Assembly: GCF_009834535.1 (NCBI RefSeq)
Contig: NC_045697.1
Span: 103,914,001-103,978,000, forward strand
Length of the DNA stretch: 64,000 nucleotides
Reading direction: 5' to 3'
From: Camelus ferus
Lineage: Eukaryota
Shown: positions 49,261-61,984 of the stretch, piece by piece
How the letters are laid out: every line of letters starts with the position of its first letter
Numbering within the stretch: position 1 is the first letter of the stretch
Position numbers and translations under genes: made by a program
Notes under the pieces: generated by a model
What the model was told of the DNA's origin: nothing
The model's database searches: none
The model's input: only the letters and a program-made list of their open reading frames with translations

Positions 49261-51399
49261 CTGCTTAAAGACAGAAAAGTAGTTTTCATGTGGCAATTTC
49301 TTCCTGGAATTTTTCAGGAAATTTCTATGTTTTGTTCAATCCTGAATCCCAGGAAAAAAAAGATAAGTTGATAGATTGGGGAAACAGGTAAAAGCATTAT
49401 AATTCCCCTGTGAGAATGAATGCCTAACAACATAAAGACGTTACTTTGGGGGAAGAAATCCACTAGCATCAAGCTGAAATCAAGAGTAGGAAATGCTGAA
49501 ACTCAGGATCAAAGCTAAGGTTGATATCTCTGGAAATTTAATGAGAACATGTAAGAGAGAAATAGTCATGTTCTGGTTAGGCTTGTTTTGGGCTGTGGCC
49601 GTGCTATAAGTATGTGCTTATGGCATTGTCTGCTGCTAATGGTGAGTTGATCTTTCAAGGAAATTAACTGTTATTTGGCTTACATGAGTACTATACTTTA
49701 CACACATTCTGTGAATGGTATTCCAAGAAATATGTTTTCAAAGCAAAAAGAAAAATCTCTCAGTTTGCATTTCTGATACGTGATTCTGAGCAGTGCTGTT
49801 GCACTACTAAGTGACTGGAATGTTACGTTATTTGAATTCTCACCCAATAATGTTTGCTGGCATTTTCTAGGGTTTGAATAATCACTCTAAGCAACAGATC
49901 TTTGTCAATTTTACTCAACTTAATATTTATTCATATATTTATATTTTTAGATTATAGACTTTTAAATATATTGATAGTAAATCAAGAGTATGAAGACTAT
50001 GGAAGTATTTTAAGAACAGCTTATGATTGAGGGAATTCCTACGAACTCTGTTTCTCATTCCCAAATCCCCAAAACTAATATATGCTGGGAACTAGGAAAC
50101 AGTGGAATGAAATGTGAACATGAGGGAACTGAGGGAAAATGAAAAGGTGGGAGGACCAACTGATAATAGGGCTTGAAAGGAACTCATTTATTATATGAAG
50201 CAAAGTGCAGGGACAGGAGATGGTGGGATTTTTGAAACTGAGTTGAAGGCAGTGCAGTTTTCACTATTGAAAAGGTCTATTAGGTTTAACTACAGGAAAG
50301 AGTAGGTAAGATAAGATGGAAGACAAGGTCATTGAAGTAGAAGAGGTCAGGAAAGTGAGAAGAGAAAATGCTGGAGGATCATTATGCATAGTGACAATGA
50401 ACCAGGAGATAAGAGCTTCAAGGGATGAAAAGGAGAGATGTGGAGACAGATGGAGGGTATTGCTTCTCTGACCATGAATTTCTAAGGAGTCACTGAAAGG
50501 ATTTCAGTGGTTGAAGAGAATTGGGAGATGGGATGGGTGGGGGAAGCGTGTGTAGAAAACCTTATGGACTGAGTCTTGGGAGATCAGGATGTTTTGTCAT
50601 CACTGCTTTGAAGAGTGATAATAGATACAGGGAGATTACACCTGATAGCCGCAGGCAGAGAGTGGGCGTAAAGCTGGGAGTCAGGAGCCAAAGCTAGGGG
50701 AGGAGTTTTGCCTGCAACTCACAGAGATTGGCTGTGCTCTGTACTCCTGCCAACTTTGAATGTGGAGGCAGAAGTGAAATGACATTATCCAGAACACCTG
50801 GGTCTCTGGAGGAGTAGGAGGAGTTTTGGGATACATCTTGAATCTTACAGGGGAGGCTGAGGGAAGGGCAGTGAGTTACATTAATAAATCTCCTCATACT
50901 GGGCTGTCTCTACACTCCTGTTACAAACCTCATTTGGTCATGGCATGTTATTCTTTTAATAGTCTACTTGATTCTGCTTATTCAAAATTTTGTAGTACTG
51001 TTTGAAAGTCTGATAGTTCTATAGTTATTTTTCTCTTTTAGTGCTTTGTTAAATTTTTGTATTAAATTCTACACTGGTTTTGTAAAAATAATTGGATGCT
51101 TCTTTTTTATCTGTAACCTTGAAAAGTTTAAATAGCACTGGAGATATCTATTCCTTAAAAGTTGATAGAATTCAATTGTGAAAGCTTTTTATAGGACTGA
51201 AATGTTGCTATTACTTGTTTTTATTATATTGACTATCTGAAAAGAGAATCCAAGATTTTTTTTATCTTAGCACCTAGCTCAGTGCCTGAAACAAACTAAA
51301 TTATCATCAACATTACAAATTATGATTCATATTTCAAGAAAAAGGAGTTTAAGTTAAAATATCTTAATATAAAGATTTTTATTAGCTGTTCCTCTCCAT

Positions 51400-52010
51400 T
51401 TTCAGGCTCCGACCTTAATTTAGCCTCTGTTACTAGATCTATTACAGTAGTCTTCCTCTGGTCTCTCTGGCTTCTCTCTTCCTTGTCTCCAATATCTATC
51501 TTGTATTTTACTTCCAGATTAATCTTCCTAAAGGTCTGCTCTGCTCCTCTGACGCTGGGATAAAAATCTTGAGAAGCCTCCCAATGACCAAAACACAAGT
51601 CCAAACGTTTCGCTGTTCTCCATCTTAATAGAGCTCACCTTTATTTCCCACTATTTCCCCATAGATACAGTATGTTCAGGTAAACTGGGTTCCTTGCCAT
51701 TTCCCTCACAATTCTCGTCTTTTCATTTCTGTCCTTTGTTCATGCAGTTCCATTATTTATTTAGATTTTTCTTCTATTCCACTTTGCCTATTGGCCAAAG
51801 AATCCTGTTCATCTTTTAAGTTCAGCTCTTCCATGAATTCGTCCATGAAAACAGAGTTATCTCTCATAGTTCTTTGAAAAAATCATAGTATGTATCTCAC
51901 ATCCTCTGTTAAAATGAACACTTCCTGAAGGCAAGAATCCTAACATACAGCTCTTTAGAACACTTAGAGCTTTTCTTCAACAATTAGTTTTTGAATGGGT
52001 GAATGAATAA
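51400..52010 (+). mobile_element. Degraded L2 3' region
   Basis: CCAGATTAATCTTCCTAAA... through to the terminal TGAATGGGTGAATGAAT. Confidence 0.6.
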
Positions 52011-55000
52011 ATCTATAAACTGATAATGATTTATTCTAACAATTTAAGGTAAGTTCTGAACATTCTAATATAGTACAGATTTGACATGCTATGGAATTTA
52101 GCATCATGTTTTGATTAATACATGACATTTGGATGAAATATATATGTTCTGTACACTTCTGTAAGTATGATATATATCACAATTACAAAAATTCATGAGC
52201 TTGCATGAAATAATGGCAGTCATACACCTAATTTCAAATATGTTTTCCTTGAAACAATAATAGATTAATACTTACTGGACTTTTAGAAGCACATTTTAAA
52301 ATACTATTAGAACTATTATTTAAGAAGAATCTATTTACTTATCCTATTTTATGTTAGTATGTTATCTAGCTGTAGTGTTGGATAACTTATTGTTTAAAAT
52401 CAACTGGTTTTCATCTTAAGAGTGACAAATGCCTACCAAAGATGTCTTCCAGAGTGGCTTTCGCAAGGTGTCAAATAAGAACTTGAGGAAACAGAACTAT
52501 TACACTGATGATTTTCAGAAAATATTTAATATTTGAACAAGCCAGGATGTTATTAGCATATAAACACAATATAACAGCTTTCCCGGGTACACAGACATTT
52601 ACTTCTGAGAGACCACTGGAGTCTCTTTTACTGTATCTGTGAGGTATTTTTTAAAATTCAGCTATGAAAATTCATGAGACTATTGAGCTTAAATTTTAGC
52701 CAGAATAGCATCCAATGACTCAAAATGCTTTATCTTTTTAAGAAGAAAATAATAAAGCACTTGTTCCTTTCTGATAAATGGAAATGTTAGGTAACTAAAG
52801 AAGAAATGTGAAATTATTGGTCAAAAGATAGCTATAAATCTTTTAAATACTGGTGTCTCTCTAAGTGAAATAATTGGTTAATTAGTGATATTTTTCTTTG
52901 ATTTCTCCAACTATTATTGAATTTCTTCATAATTAAAATTTTGAACACAATTTTAGCTATAAGTTTTTGCTGTGAAATTTTAAAGAAATCATAAGCATGT
53001 AACATTCACTTTTCTAGATTTAAAGAAAATGAATATGAGTTTCCAATAACATTCTACCATGAAGACACTGGTGCTGGAAAGCACCATTTTGGAGTCCTTT
53101 TTCTAGCCCATTAGTGCTGGAGGCTTACCTGCCCACCAGCCAATTGGCACCAGTCCTAAGACCCCTCCAGGCCAAGCAACTAGTGGACTGGGAACTCAGC
53201 CCTGCCCACCAGTTGGCCCAGCCCAGCCCCTGTGGCCAGCCATCCCTCATCAGTGGGCCAGCAGCCACCATAGGAGACAGGATCAGGCAGCTAGACCCCC
53301 CTACCAGCTGCCCATAGTAGTCAGCGTCACCACAACAGAAGGGCTTATGCAGCCCACATAGGGAGTACACCTAGAGCATATAGCTTTGGTGACCAGAGGG
53401 GAGGGTGCTGCTGGGCTCCATAGTATGTCTCCTATTGTAAGGCCACTTTTCTAAGATTAGGAAATGTAACTGACCTACCTAATACAGAAATAAATACAGA
53501 GAATTAGGCGAAATGAGGTAACAGAGGGATTTTTTCTAAATGAAAGAACAAGATAAAACCCCAGGAGAACTAAGCAAAGTGGAGATAAGTAGTCTACCTG
53601 ATAAAGAATTCAAGGTAATTATCATAAAGATGCTCAATGAACTCAGGAGAAGAATGCATGAACACAGTGAGAAGTTAAGGGGGTAGAAAATATAAAGAAG
53701 GATCAAACAGAGCTGAAGAATATAATAACTGAAATAGAAAATACACTAGAAGGGATCAACAGCAGATTAGATGATACAGAGGAATGGATCTGTAAACCAG
53801 AAGACAGAGTGGTGGAAATCACTCAAGCTGAACAGAAAAAAGAGTTTTTTTTTTTTTTTTTTAAAGAGAACAATTTAACAGATGTCTAGGAGAACATCAA
53901 ACATACTAATATTCACATTATATGGGTCCCAGAAAGAGAAGAGAGAAAGGGTAGAGAACTAATTTGAAGAGATAATAGCTGAAAAGTTCCCTAATCTGGG
54001 AAAGGAAACAGATATCAGTTCCAGGAAGCACAGAGAGTCCCAAATAATATGAACCTAAAGAGGTTCATGCCAAGATACACTGTAATTAAAGAATGAAAAT
54101 TAAAGACACAATCTTAAAAGCAGCAAGAGGAAAACACTAGTTAAGTACAATGAAAGTCCCATAAGGCTATAAACTGATTTTTTAGCAGCAACTTTGCAGG
54201 CCAGAAGAGAGTGGCATGATATATTTAAAGTGATGTAAAGAAAACACCTACAACCAAGAATACTCTACCTGGGAAGACTTTCAGATTTGAAGGCGAGACA
54301 AAGAGTTTTACAGATAAGCAGAAGATAAGAGGGCTTAGCACCCTTAAACTGACTTTATAAAAAATGTTAAAGGGACTTCTCTAAGTGAAAAAGAAAAGAC
54401 CACTCTGAAATATGAAAACTATAAAAGAAAGAAATTCTTATTGGTAAAGGCAAACATACAGAAAAGGTAGTAGATCGACCACTTGTAAAGCTAGCAGGAA
54501 AGTTAAAAGACAAAAGTAAAATCATCTATAACCACAAGAGGTAATTAAAGAATACTCAAAACAAAAAGATATAAAATATGATGGCAAAACATTGTGTGTG
54601 TGGGGGGGTTGTAAAATGCAGGGTTGTTAGAGTGCATTTGAACTTGAGAAGTCATCAACTTAAAATAATCACATATATGTTATTACATATACACCTTATG
54701 GTAGCTACAAACCAAAAATCTCTAATAGACATATACAAAAAGAGAAAGAAATCCAAACATAACCCCAAAGATAAACTAAACACTAAAGTCATCAAATCAC
54801 AAGGGGAAAGAGCAAAAGAAGAAAAAGGAACAAAGAAGATCTACAAATCAACCAGAAAACAGCTAACAAAATGGAAGCGGCATTATGTACATACCTATCA
54901 ATAATTTAAATGTAAATGGACTAAATGCTCCAGTCAAAAGACATAAGGCAGCTGAATGAATAAAAAACAAGACCCAATTAAATGCTGCCTATAGTAGACT

Positions 55001-55395
55001 CATTTCAGATATAAAGACACACACAAACTGAAAGTTAGGGGATGGAAAAAAGTATTCCATGCAAATGGAAATAAAAGGAAATCTGGGATACCAATACTTA
55101 TATCAGACAAAATAGACTTTAAAATGACGCCTGTAACAGGACACAAAGAAGGACATTCTATAATGATAAAAGGATCAAATCAATGAGATGATATAGCAAT
55201 TGTAAATATATATGCACCCAATTTGAGCACCTAAATACACACAGCGAATATTAACAAACATAAAAAGAGAAATTGACAGCAACACAAAAACAGTAGAAGA
55301 CTTTAATATCCTACTTATATCAATAAAATAGAATATCCAGACAGAAAATCAGTAAGGAACCACTGGCCTTAAATGACACATTAGATCACGTGGAT

Positions 55396-55397
<2 letters not shown>

Positions 55398-55450
<53 letters not shown>

Positions 55451-55520
55451 ATAGATAGATAGATAGCTAGATAGATTGATAGATTGATAGATAGATAGAC
55501 TGATTGATTGATTGATAGAA
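55398..55520. repeat. Long (AC)n followed by (ATAG)n/(GATT)n microsatellite inside the L1
   Basis: About 25 AC units read directly; likely polymorphic. Confidence 0.95.
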
Positions 55521-57514
55521 TATTTTCAGGTTAGATAGAGAGATAGAACATTCTATTCAAAAGCAGAATATGGTCTTTTCAAGTGCACATCAAACATTCT
55601 CCAGGATAGATCACATGTTAGATCACAAAACTAATCATAAAAGAAAGAAGATTGAAATTATATCAGTATCTTTTCTGACTATAACAGTATGAGAAATCCT
55701 AAAGATGCCACCACACTATTAGAACTAATAAATTAATTCAGTAAAATTTCAAGACACAAAATTAATATGCAAAATCTGTTGCATTTCTGTACACTAACTA
55801 TGAAATATCAGAAGGAGAAATGGAGAAAACAATCCCATTTACAGGTATATCAAACAGAATAAATCCATCCAAGGAGGCGAAAGATCTGTACCCATAAAAC
55901 TATAAGACATTGATGGGAAAAAACTGAAGATGATACAAACAAATGGAAAGATATTCTGCAGCTCATGGATTGGAAAAATTAATATTATTTAAATGACCAT
56001 ATCTACAGATTCAGTGCAATCCCTATCAAAATATCAATGGCATTTTTCACAGAATAAGAAAAAATAATTCTAAAATTTGTATGGAATCACAAAAGACCCT
56101 GAACTGCCAAAAAGTCTTGAGAAAGAACAAAAAAGCTGAAGGTATCATACACTGATTTCAAAATATAATGCAAAGCTACAATAATCCATACAGTATGGTA
56201 CTGGCACAAACACACACACACATTCTCACACACACACACACACACAGATCAATCAAGCAGGATGAAAGCCAGGAAACAAATATATGCTTATGTGGTCAAT
56301 TAATCTAGGACAAAGAAGCAAGAATAGACAACAAGGAAAGGATAGTCTCTTCAATAAATGGTGTTGGGACAACTCAACAGCTACGTACAAAAGAATCAAA
56401 CCAGACTACTTTCTCACACCATGTATCTAAATTCAAAATGAATTAAAGACTTAAATGTAAGAATTGAAAACCTAAAACTCCTAGAAGAAAACACAGGCAG
56501 TACACTCCTTGTCATTGGTCTCAGCAATATTTTTTCTGGCTATGTCTCCTTAGGCAAGGGAAACAAAAGCAAAAATAAACAAATGGCACTACAGCAAACT
56601 AAAAAGATTTTGCACAGCAAAGCAAACTATCAACAATATGAAAAGGTAGCCTACTAAATGGGGGAAGATATTTTCAAATGATGTATCTCATAAGGGGTTA
56701 ATATCCAAAATATACAAAGAACTTATGCAACTGAAATTTAAAAAAAAATCCAATTAAAAAATGGGTAAAGGAACTGTACAGACATTTTTCCAAAGAGAAA
56801 ACATAGATGGCCAACAGACACATGAAAAGATGCTCAATGTCACTAGTGATCAGGGAAATGAAAATCAAAACCACGAGATATCACCTCATACCTGTCAGAA
56901 TGGCTGTCATCAAAAAGACAACAAATAACAAGTGGTAGTGAGGATATGGACAAAAGAGAATTTTCGTGCACTGTTGGTAGGAAAGTATATTGTTACAATC
57001 ACTGTGAAAAAACTGTATGAATGTTCCTCAGAAACTTAAAAGTAGAATTACCATATGATTGAGCAATTCCACTTCCGGGTATTTTCCCAAAGAAAACAAA
57101 CAAACAAACAAAATTTGAATAGATATATGCACCCCAAGTTCATTGCAGCATTATTTACAATAGACAAGATATGGAAGCAACCTGTGTCTAGAGATATATA
57201 AATAAATGAATGGATAAAGAATGGGTATATAAATAATGAAATATTACTCAGCCATAAAAAGAATGAGATCTTGCCATTTGCACAAGACAAATGGATCTAG
57301 AATGTATCAAGCTAAGTGAAATAAGTCAAAGAAAGCCAAGCACTATTTAATTTCACTTGTACGTGGAATATTGAAAAAAAAAAAGAAAAAATGAACAAAC
57401 ATAACAAAATAGAAATAGATTCACAGATACAGAGAACAAATACGTGGTTGCCAGAGATGAGGGGGTTGGAAGATGAGTGAAATAGATAAGGGAGATTAAG
57501 AGGTAAAAACTTTC

Positions 57515-57675
57515 GGCAGGGGGAGGGTATAGCTCAAGTGGTAGAGCGCATGCTTAGCATGAGGGAGGTTCTGCGTTCAATACCAAGTACTTCCTCTAAA
57601 AATAAATAAATGAATAAACCTAATTATCTCACCACGTCAAAAAAATTAAATTAAAAAAATAAACAATTAATAAAA
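57515..57675 (+). mobile_element. tRNA-Ala-derived SINE inserted in the L1 3'UTR
   Basis: 17-bp TSD AAGAGGTAAAAACTTTC / AAGAGGTAAATACTTCC at 57498-57514 and 57676-57692. Confidence 0.92.
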
Positions 57676-57767
57676 AAGAGGTAAATACTTCCAGTTGCAA
57701 AATAAATGAATCACAGGTTTAAAATGTACAGCATGGTCTCCGTTAAGAAAATTTTTTTTAAGAAATA

Positions 57768-57852
57768 GGGAGGATATAGCAAATGAAAGCACATGCTTAG
57801 CATGCACTAGGTCCTGGGTTCAATCCTGGTTACTTCTATTCAAAAAATTTTT
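57768..57852 (+). mobile_element. Degraded tRNA-Ala-derived SINE in the L1 3'UTR
   Basis: GGGAGGATATAGC...CATGCTTAGCATGCACTAGGTCCTGGGTTCAATCC. Confidence 0.85.
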
Positions 57853-58494
57853 AAATATACAGCAGTAATACCGTAATAACTTTGTACAGTGACAGATGAT
57901 AACTAGATTTGTTGGGGTGATCATTTTGTAATGCTTAGAAATAGCGAATCACTTTGTTGTACACCTGGAAATTAACATAGTGTTGTAGGTCAATTTTACT
58001 TAAAACAAAACGAAAAAACACCAAACCACACACTCAGCTGCATAGAAATGTGTCTGAGAGGATATATACTAAGCTGGCGATAGTCTCATTCCTCAAGACA
58101 GTATCCGTGCGCGGAAGGCGCTTTTACTCTTTACCATATACTTTTTTACTTTATCTTTCATGAAGCATTTGGGGGAAATTATGCTGTATAAGTATTACTA
58201 GCTATATGTGGAGCCTCTCGGCAAAAAGTTAAGATATGATACAGAGTAGTAAAGAACGTGACATTTTGGTTAAAAAAAATTTATTTGTGGCACTTTTGGA
58301 ATAGTGTTGAAAGTGTTTTGCTGGAGCTATGCAATAACTTTATAGAGGGGGACACAAGGATTCTTTCCATTCTTCTCTCTGTGAGGAAGGTATCCTCGTA
58401 TCCCTTACAGCTGGAAGAGTACAGAACTCAGTTTATACAGCAAATATAACTAATCATTAGAAATAAAAGAAATACTGCATTTAAAAAAAAAAGA

Positions 58495-58665
58495 GGGGGA
58501 GGGTATAGCTCAAGTGGTAGAGCACATGCCTAGCATGCACAAGGTCCTGGGTTCACTCCCCAGTGCCTCCTCTAAAGATAAATAAATAAATAAGCTCAAT
58601 TACCTCATCCTCCCCCCAAAAATAAAATTATAAAAATACAAATCTTAAAAAATAATAATAAAGAA
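58495..58665 (+). mobile_element. tRNA-Ala-derived SINE (vic-1-like)
   Basis: GGGGGAGGGTATAGCTCAAGTGGTAGAGCACATGCCTAGCATGCACAAGGTCCTGGGTTC with a long A-rich tail. Confidence 0.9.
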
Positions 58666-60259
58666 AGAAGAGATAAATGCATTAAAAGCAAGAAATACTT
58701 CAAAACACTAAAAAAATTTTTTATGTGAACTAACTTTCCTCCCTTCTTCCCTCCCTCCTTTCTTGCTCTTTCCCTTTTTTCCTTTCTTTTCCTCCCTTCT
58801 CTTCCTCTTTTTAAAACAAAATAGCTGATCAGAGGACTAGATTGAAGTAAGGGTTAGATTAGAACAGGCTAGGTTATATAAAACATCTCTTAATGACATA
58901 ATTTTCTTTTCAGAAGAGATTTTAATGTAATATACAACAAAAGAAGACAACAGAAAATGCAATGCAAAATAAATTCCTCCGATAGGACTTTTTCCTTCCA
59001 GCAAAAGTACTAGTTAACATCTCAGCTTGACATCACAGGAGAAATCCGTCCTCAGGCCCTGACTGAGCCTTTTACTCTCCACCTACATTAGCTGGAGACC
59101 TTTTGTCCTAGCAGGAAGGCAAGGGACAGTCTCTAAATCTCATATGGGAAATGGCCTCAGAAACATAGATTTTTCTAAAAAAGAAAACATGCAAGAAAGT
59201 TTGGAAAGCATTTTATCATAGGCCTCTTAGAGGGAGAAAGAATGCAGTTCATAGCGAATTCCACCAAGGCAATCAGAATTTCATCCGAATAAGTGTTTTA
59301 AATGCTCCAAATTGGAAAATTTCTATTACCTTCCTTACAGATCACTGAAAATAAGTGCCTGGCTGTGCTCTACCTGAGGTACAGTCACTCTGTTTTCAAG
59401 CTCAAAACAGATATTGATTTTCATTTCAAACTCTAATGCCAAAATTAGCAGTGTCAGGTTGAATTAGAGGTGGATGGTTTAGAGAGTTCAACAGTGAGCC
59501 AGCAGCACAGCCAGACTGCTTCTTCTGTTTTTTTGTTTTTTCTTTTCATGTCTTTAATACAACAAAACATGGAATACAAGACACCCTTCAGTTTTACGGC
59601 ATTCAAAGAAATATTTAGTCCAATTTCACTCATATGTCTTTAGCATATCAGTCTCCTTCAAGTGACAATTAAAGGGTAATAAGTACATCTAGTTTGAGGA
59701 TTATTATAGTTTGCTTTGATCTCCTTCTGCTGGGCCTTTTGCTTCTTACTTAGCTTTGGAAACACCAAGATTCGTCTAGCAATTTAAATTGACAGAGCAT
59801 TTCATCTGCATTGTCCCAGCGAGGAGGAGGCGGCTGTTATTGAGTTGGTCAGTCAGCAGAGTGTGCATGCTTTACCCCTAGGATTGACTGAACAGAAAGA
59901 ACTACAAATTGCACCATGAGAGCTTCTCTCACATGGAACAGTCAATCAAAGGAACAGACTGGAATAGGGACATTTGGAGCATTCATCCACTGTGAGGAGC
60001 AAATGCCCACAAACCTAAGTCACCTAGACTTGATTTATCAATAAGGAAGAGCGTCTTTTTGATAAGAGTGCCTTATTTGTCAATAAGGAAGAATACTGCC
60101 AAATGGCTTCAGAGAGCAGGGAGGGAAAGGAATGAGCATTGACATCTTCCTTATTCTAGGAAATACCCCTATGTCTGTAGGAGTACTATCCCATCATATC
60201 TGGTTGTTGCTTCTCCTTACTCTGAACGAAACTGGCTTTTATTAGATGTGTTTGGAATA

Positions 60260-60350
60260 TGTGTGTACATGTATGTGTGTGTGTGTGAGAGAGAGAGAGA
60301 TAGAGAGAGAGACAGACAGAGATTGAGAGAGAGAGGGTAAGAGAGAGGGA
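60260..60350. repeat. (GT)n/(GA)n compound microsatellite
   Basis: Read directly from the sequence. Confidence 0.85.
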
Positions 60351-60483
60351 GTGAAGGGAAGCAAGGCTGCGGAGGGGAGGCAGAGGAGAGAAGTAACAGT
60401 GAACAGGTAAACAGCGGCAGAGGTAGAACCTAGAGGTCTTCAAATATGGATTTCCCAGGATAAAAAGTATTGATGTAATAAAT

Positions 60484-60936
60484 AAGAATGAAATAATGCC
60501 ATTTGCAGCAACATGAATAGACCTAGAGATTATCATACTAAGTGAAGTAAGTCAGACAGAGAAAGACAAACATTATATGATAAAATTTACCTGTGGAATC
60601 TAAAAGTAGTTGATACATGAATAAATGAACTTATTTACAAACCAGAAACTGACTCACAAACATAGAAAACAAACTCATGGTTACCAAAGGGGAAGAGGGG
60701 GAGGGATAAATTGGGAGTATGGGTGCATTCTACCATAATTAAAGTAGATAAACAACAAGGTCCTACTGTACAGCATAGGCAACTATATTCAATATCTTGT
60801 AATAAAGTATAATGGAAAAGAATAGAAAAAAGAATATAGATATATATACATATATATGTATAACTGAATCCCTTTGCTGTACATCTGAAACTGACACAAT
60901 ATTGCAAATCAACTATACTTTGCTAAAAAAAATAAT
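60484..60936 (+). mobile_element. L1 3' end, 5'-truncated
   Basis: AAGAATGAAATAATGCCATTTGCAGCAAC...AATCAACTATACTT with an A tail; degenerate TSD ATTGATGTAATAAAT / ATTAATGTAGTAAAT. Confidence 0.9.
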
Positions 60937-61129
60937 AAAAGAGATTAATGTAGTAAATGCCAATGAAGTTCCCCAAGCCGCCTTCTCATATACATTCTAG
61001 TCCCACAAAGGGTGTAGCCCAGTTATTGAGTTACTTTCTAAGCATAGTGTGGAGAGTCAGTAACCCTCTCTGATGGGTGGGACGAGGGCATGTCTCTGTG
61101 TTCCCAAGTGTGATGTATGCCTGTCTTAT

Positions 61130-61281
61130 CAACCACGGAAATATACTGTCATCTGCTTACTCGCCTTAATGTGAGCCCTTTGATGGCAGGGATTGTGTTT
61201 TATTTATTCATGTCATACTTCCAGGGGCCTGAAAAATGTCTGGCTTATGGTTTGTACTCAAGTTTAGTGAACGAATGAATG
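61130..61281 (+). mobile_element. L2 3' end
   Basis: AATGTGAGCCCTTTGATGGCAGGGATTGTG...GAACGAATGAATG. Confidence 0.65.
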
Positions 61282-61965
61282 GTGGGCTAAGTGGCCACTC
61301 CCTGTGGGGAGGTACTCGAGGTGGACATGGGGAGTGGTCCCCCATCCTGTAATATTTTAGGAGTAAAAATCTGAAAAATTAAGAGGAAAGTGGAGAGAGA
61401 GTCCCTGTCATTCACCATCAATAAACCAAGAACCAGAGAGCAAATACTGAACATTAACACCCAGATGCCTGGTGTGGGTGTTGGACTATCACCAATTTTG
61501 ATCAAGCATGTGCCAAAAGCACATCTGGGGATATTGGATGAAGGGTCTGGGGAGGACAGTGGCAGAAGCTGGTGGACGGGTGGGTAAGGCAGGAATGGAG
61601 CAAGAGGAATGGGCATTTTCATGATCTCATGGAACTGTTTAGAATTGGTGGCAAATCACCAGATATAAGTTACTTGTTTATGGAAGATTATGTGGACAGA
61701 GGATATTATTCACAATTACTCTGCTTGTAGCTCTTAAGGTTTGTTATTGTTAATGTATCACCATTCTTTGTGGAAATCAGGAGAGCAGACAGATCACACA
61801 AGTATATGGTTTCTATGATGAGTGTTTTTCTAAAGGGCAGGGGGCAATCTGGGCCGAATGAGAGAAAGAAGACATTTGTTGGCAAGAACCAAAGGCTCGG
61901 GGCAGGCAGGGAGAGCGCCCCTGGCCGTGGAGCGGGGACTGGCATGCGCTGCTGGGCGCACGGGA

Positions 61966-61984
61966 GCTGACCTCCAGTGGTTGG
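61966..61984 (-). promoter_or_regulatory. Candidate CTCF motif in a small CpG-rich patch
   Basis: Minus strand CCAACCACTGGAGGTCAGC resembles the CTCF core CCACNAGRKGGCAGC. Confidence 0.4.

Larger units (their letters stand above)
53055..58010 (+). mobile_element. Decayed L1 (partial 5'UTR, ORF1, inter-ORF spacer, internally deleted ORF2, 3'UTR)
   Basis: ORF1 relic 53513-54384 (M..MKEQDKTP); ORF2 relic from 54871 (LNVNGLNAPVKRH); many stops and frameshifts; A-rich tail at about 58001. Confidence 0.92.

Noticed and set aside
12367..50542. G-quadruplex-like runs at 12367-12389, 41785-41812 and 50523-50542
   Set aside because: Frequent in mammalian DNA, mostly within decayed repeats, with no functional context.
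53513..57373. L1 ORF1/ORF2 as coding genes, including the 54578-54904 ORF
   Set aside because: Numerous stops and frameshifts, a microsatellite insertion and loss of the RT core.
58735..58812. Polypyrimidine tract (also 28670-28755) as H-DNA
   Set aside because: Low-complexity sequence next to retroelement tails, without a clear mirror repeat.
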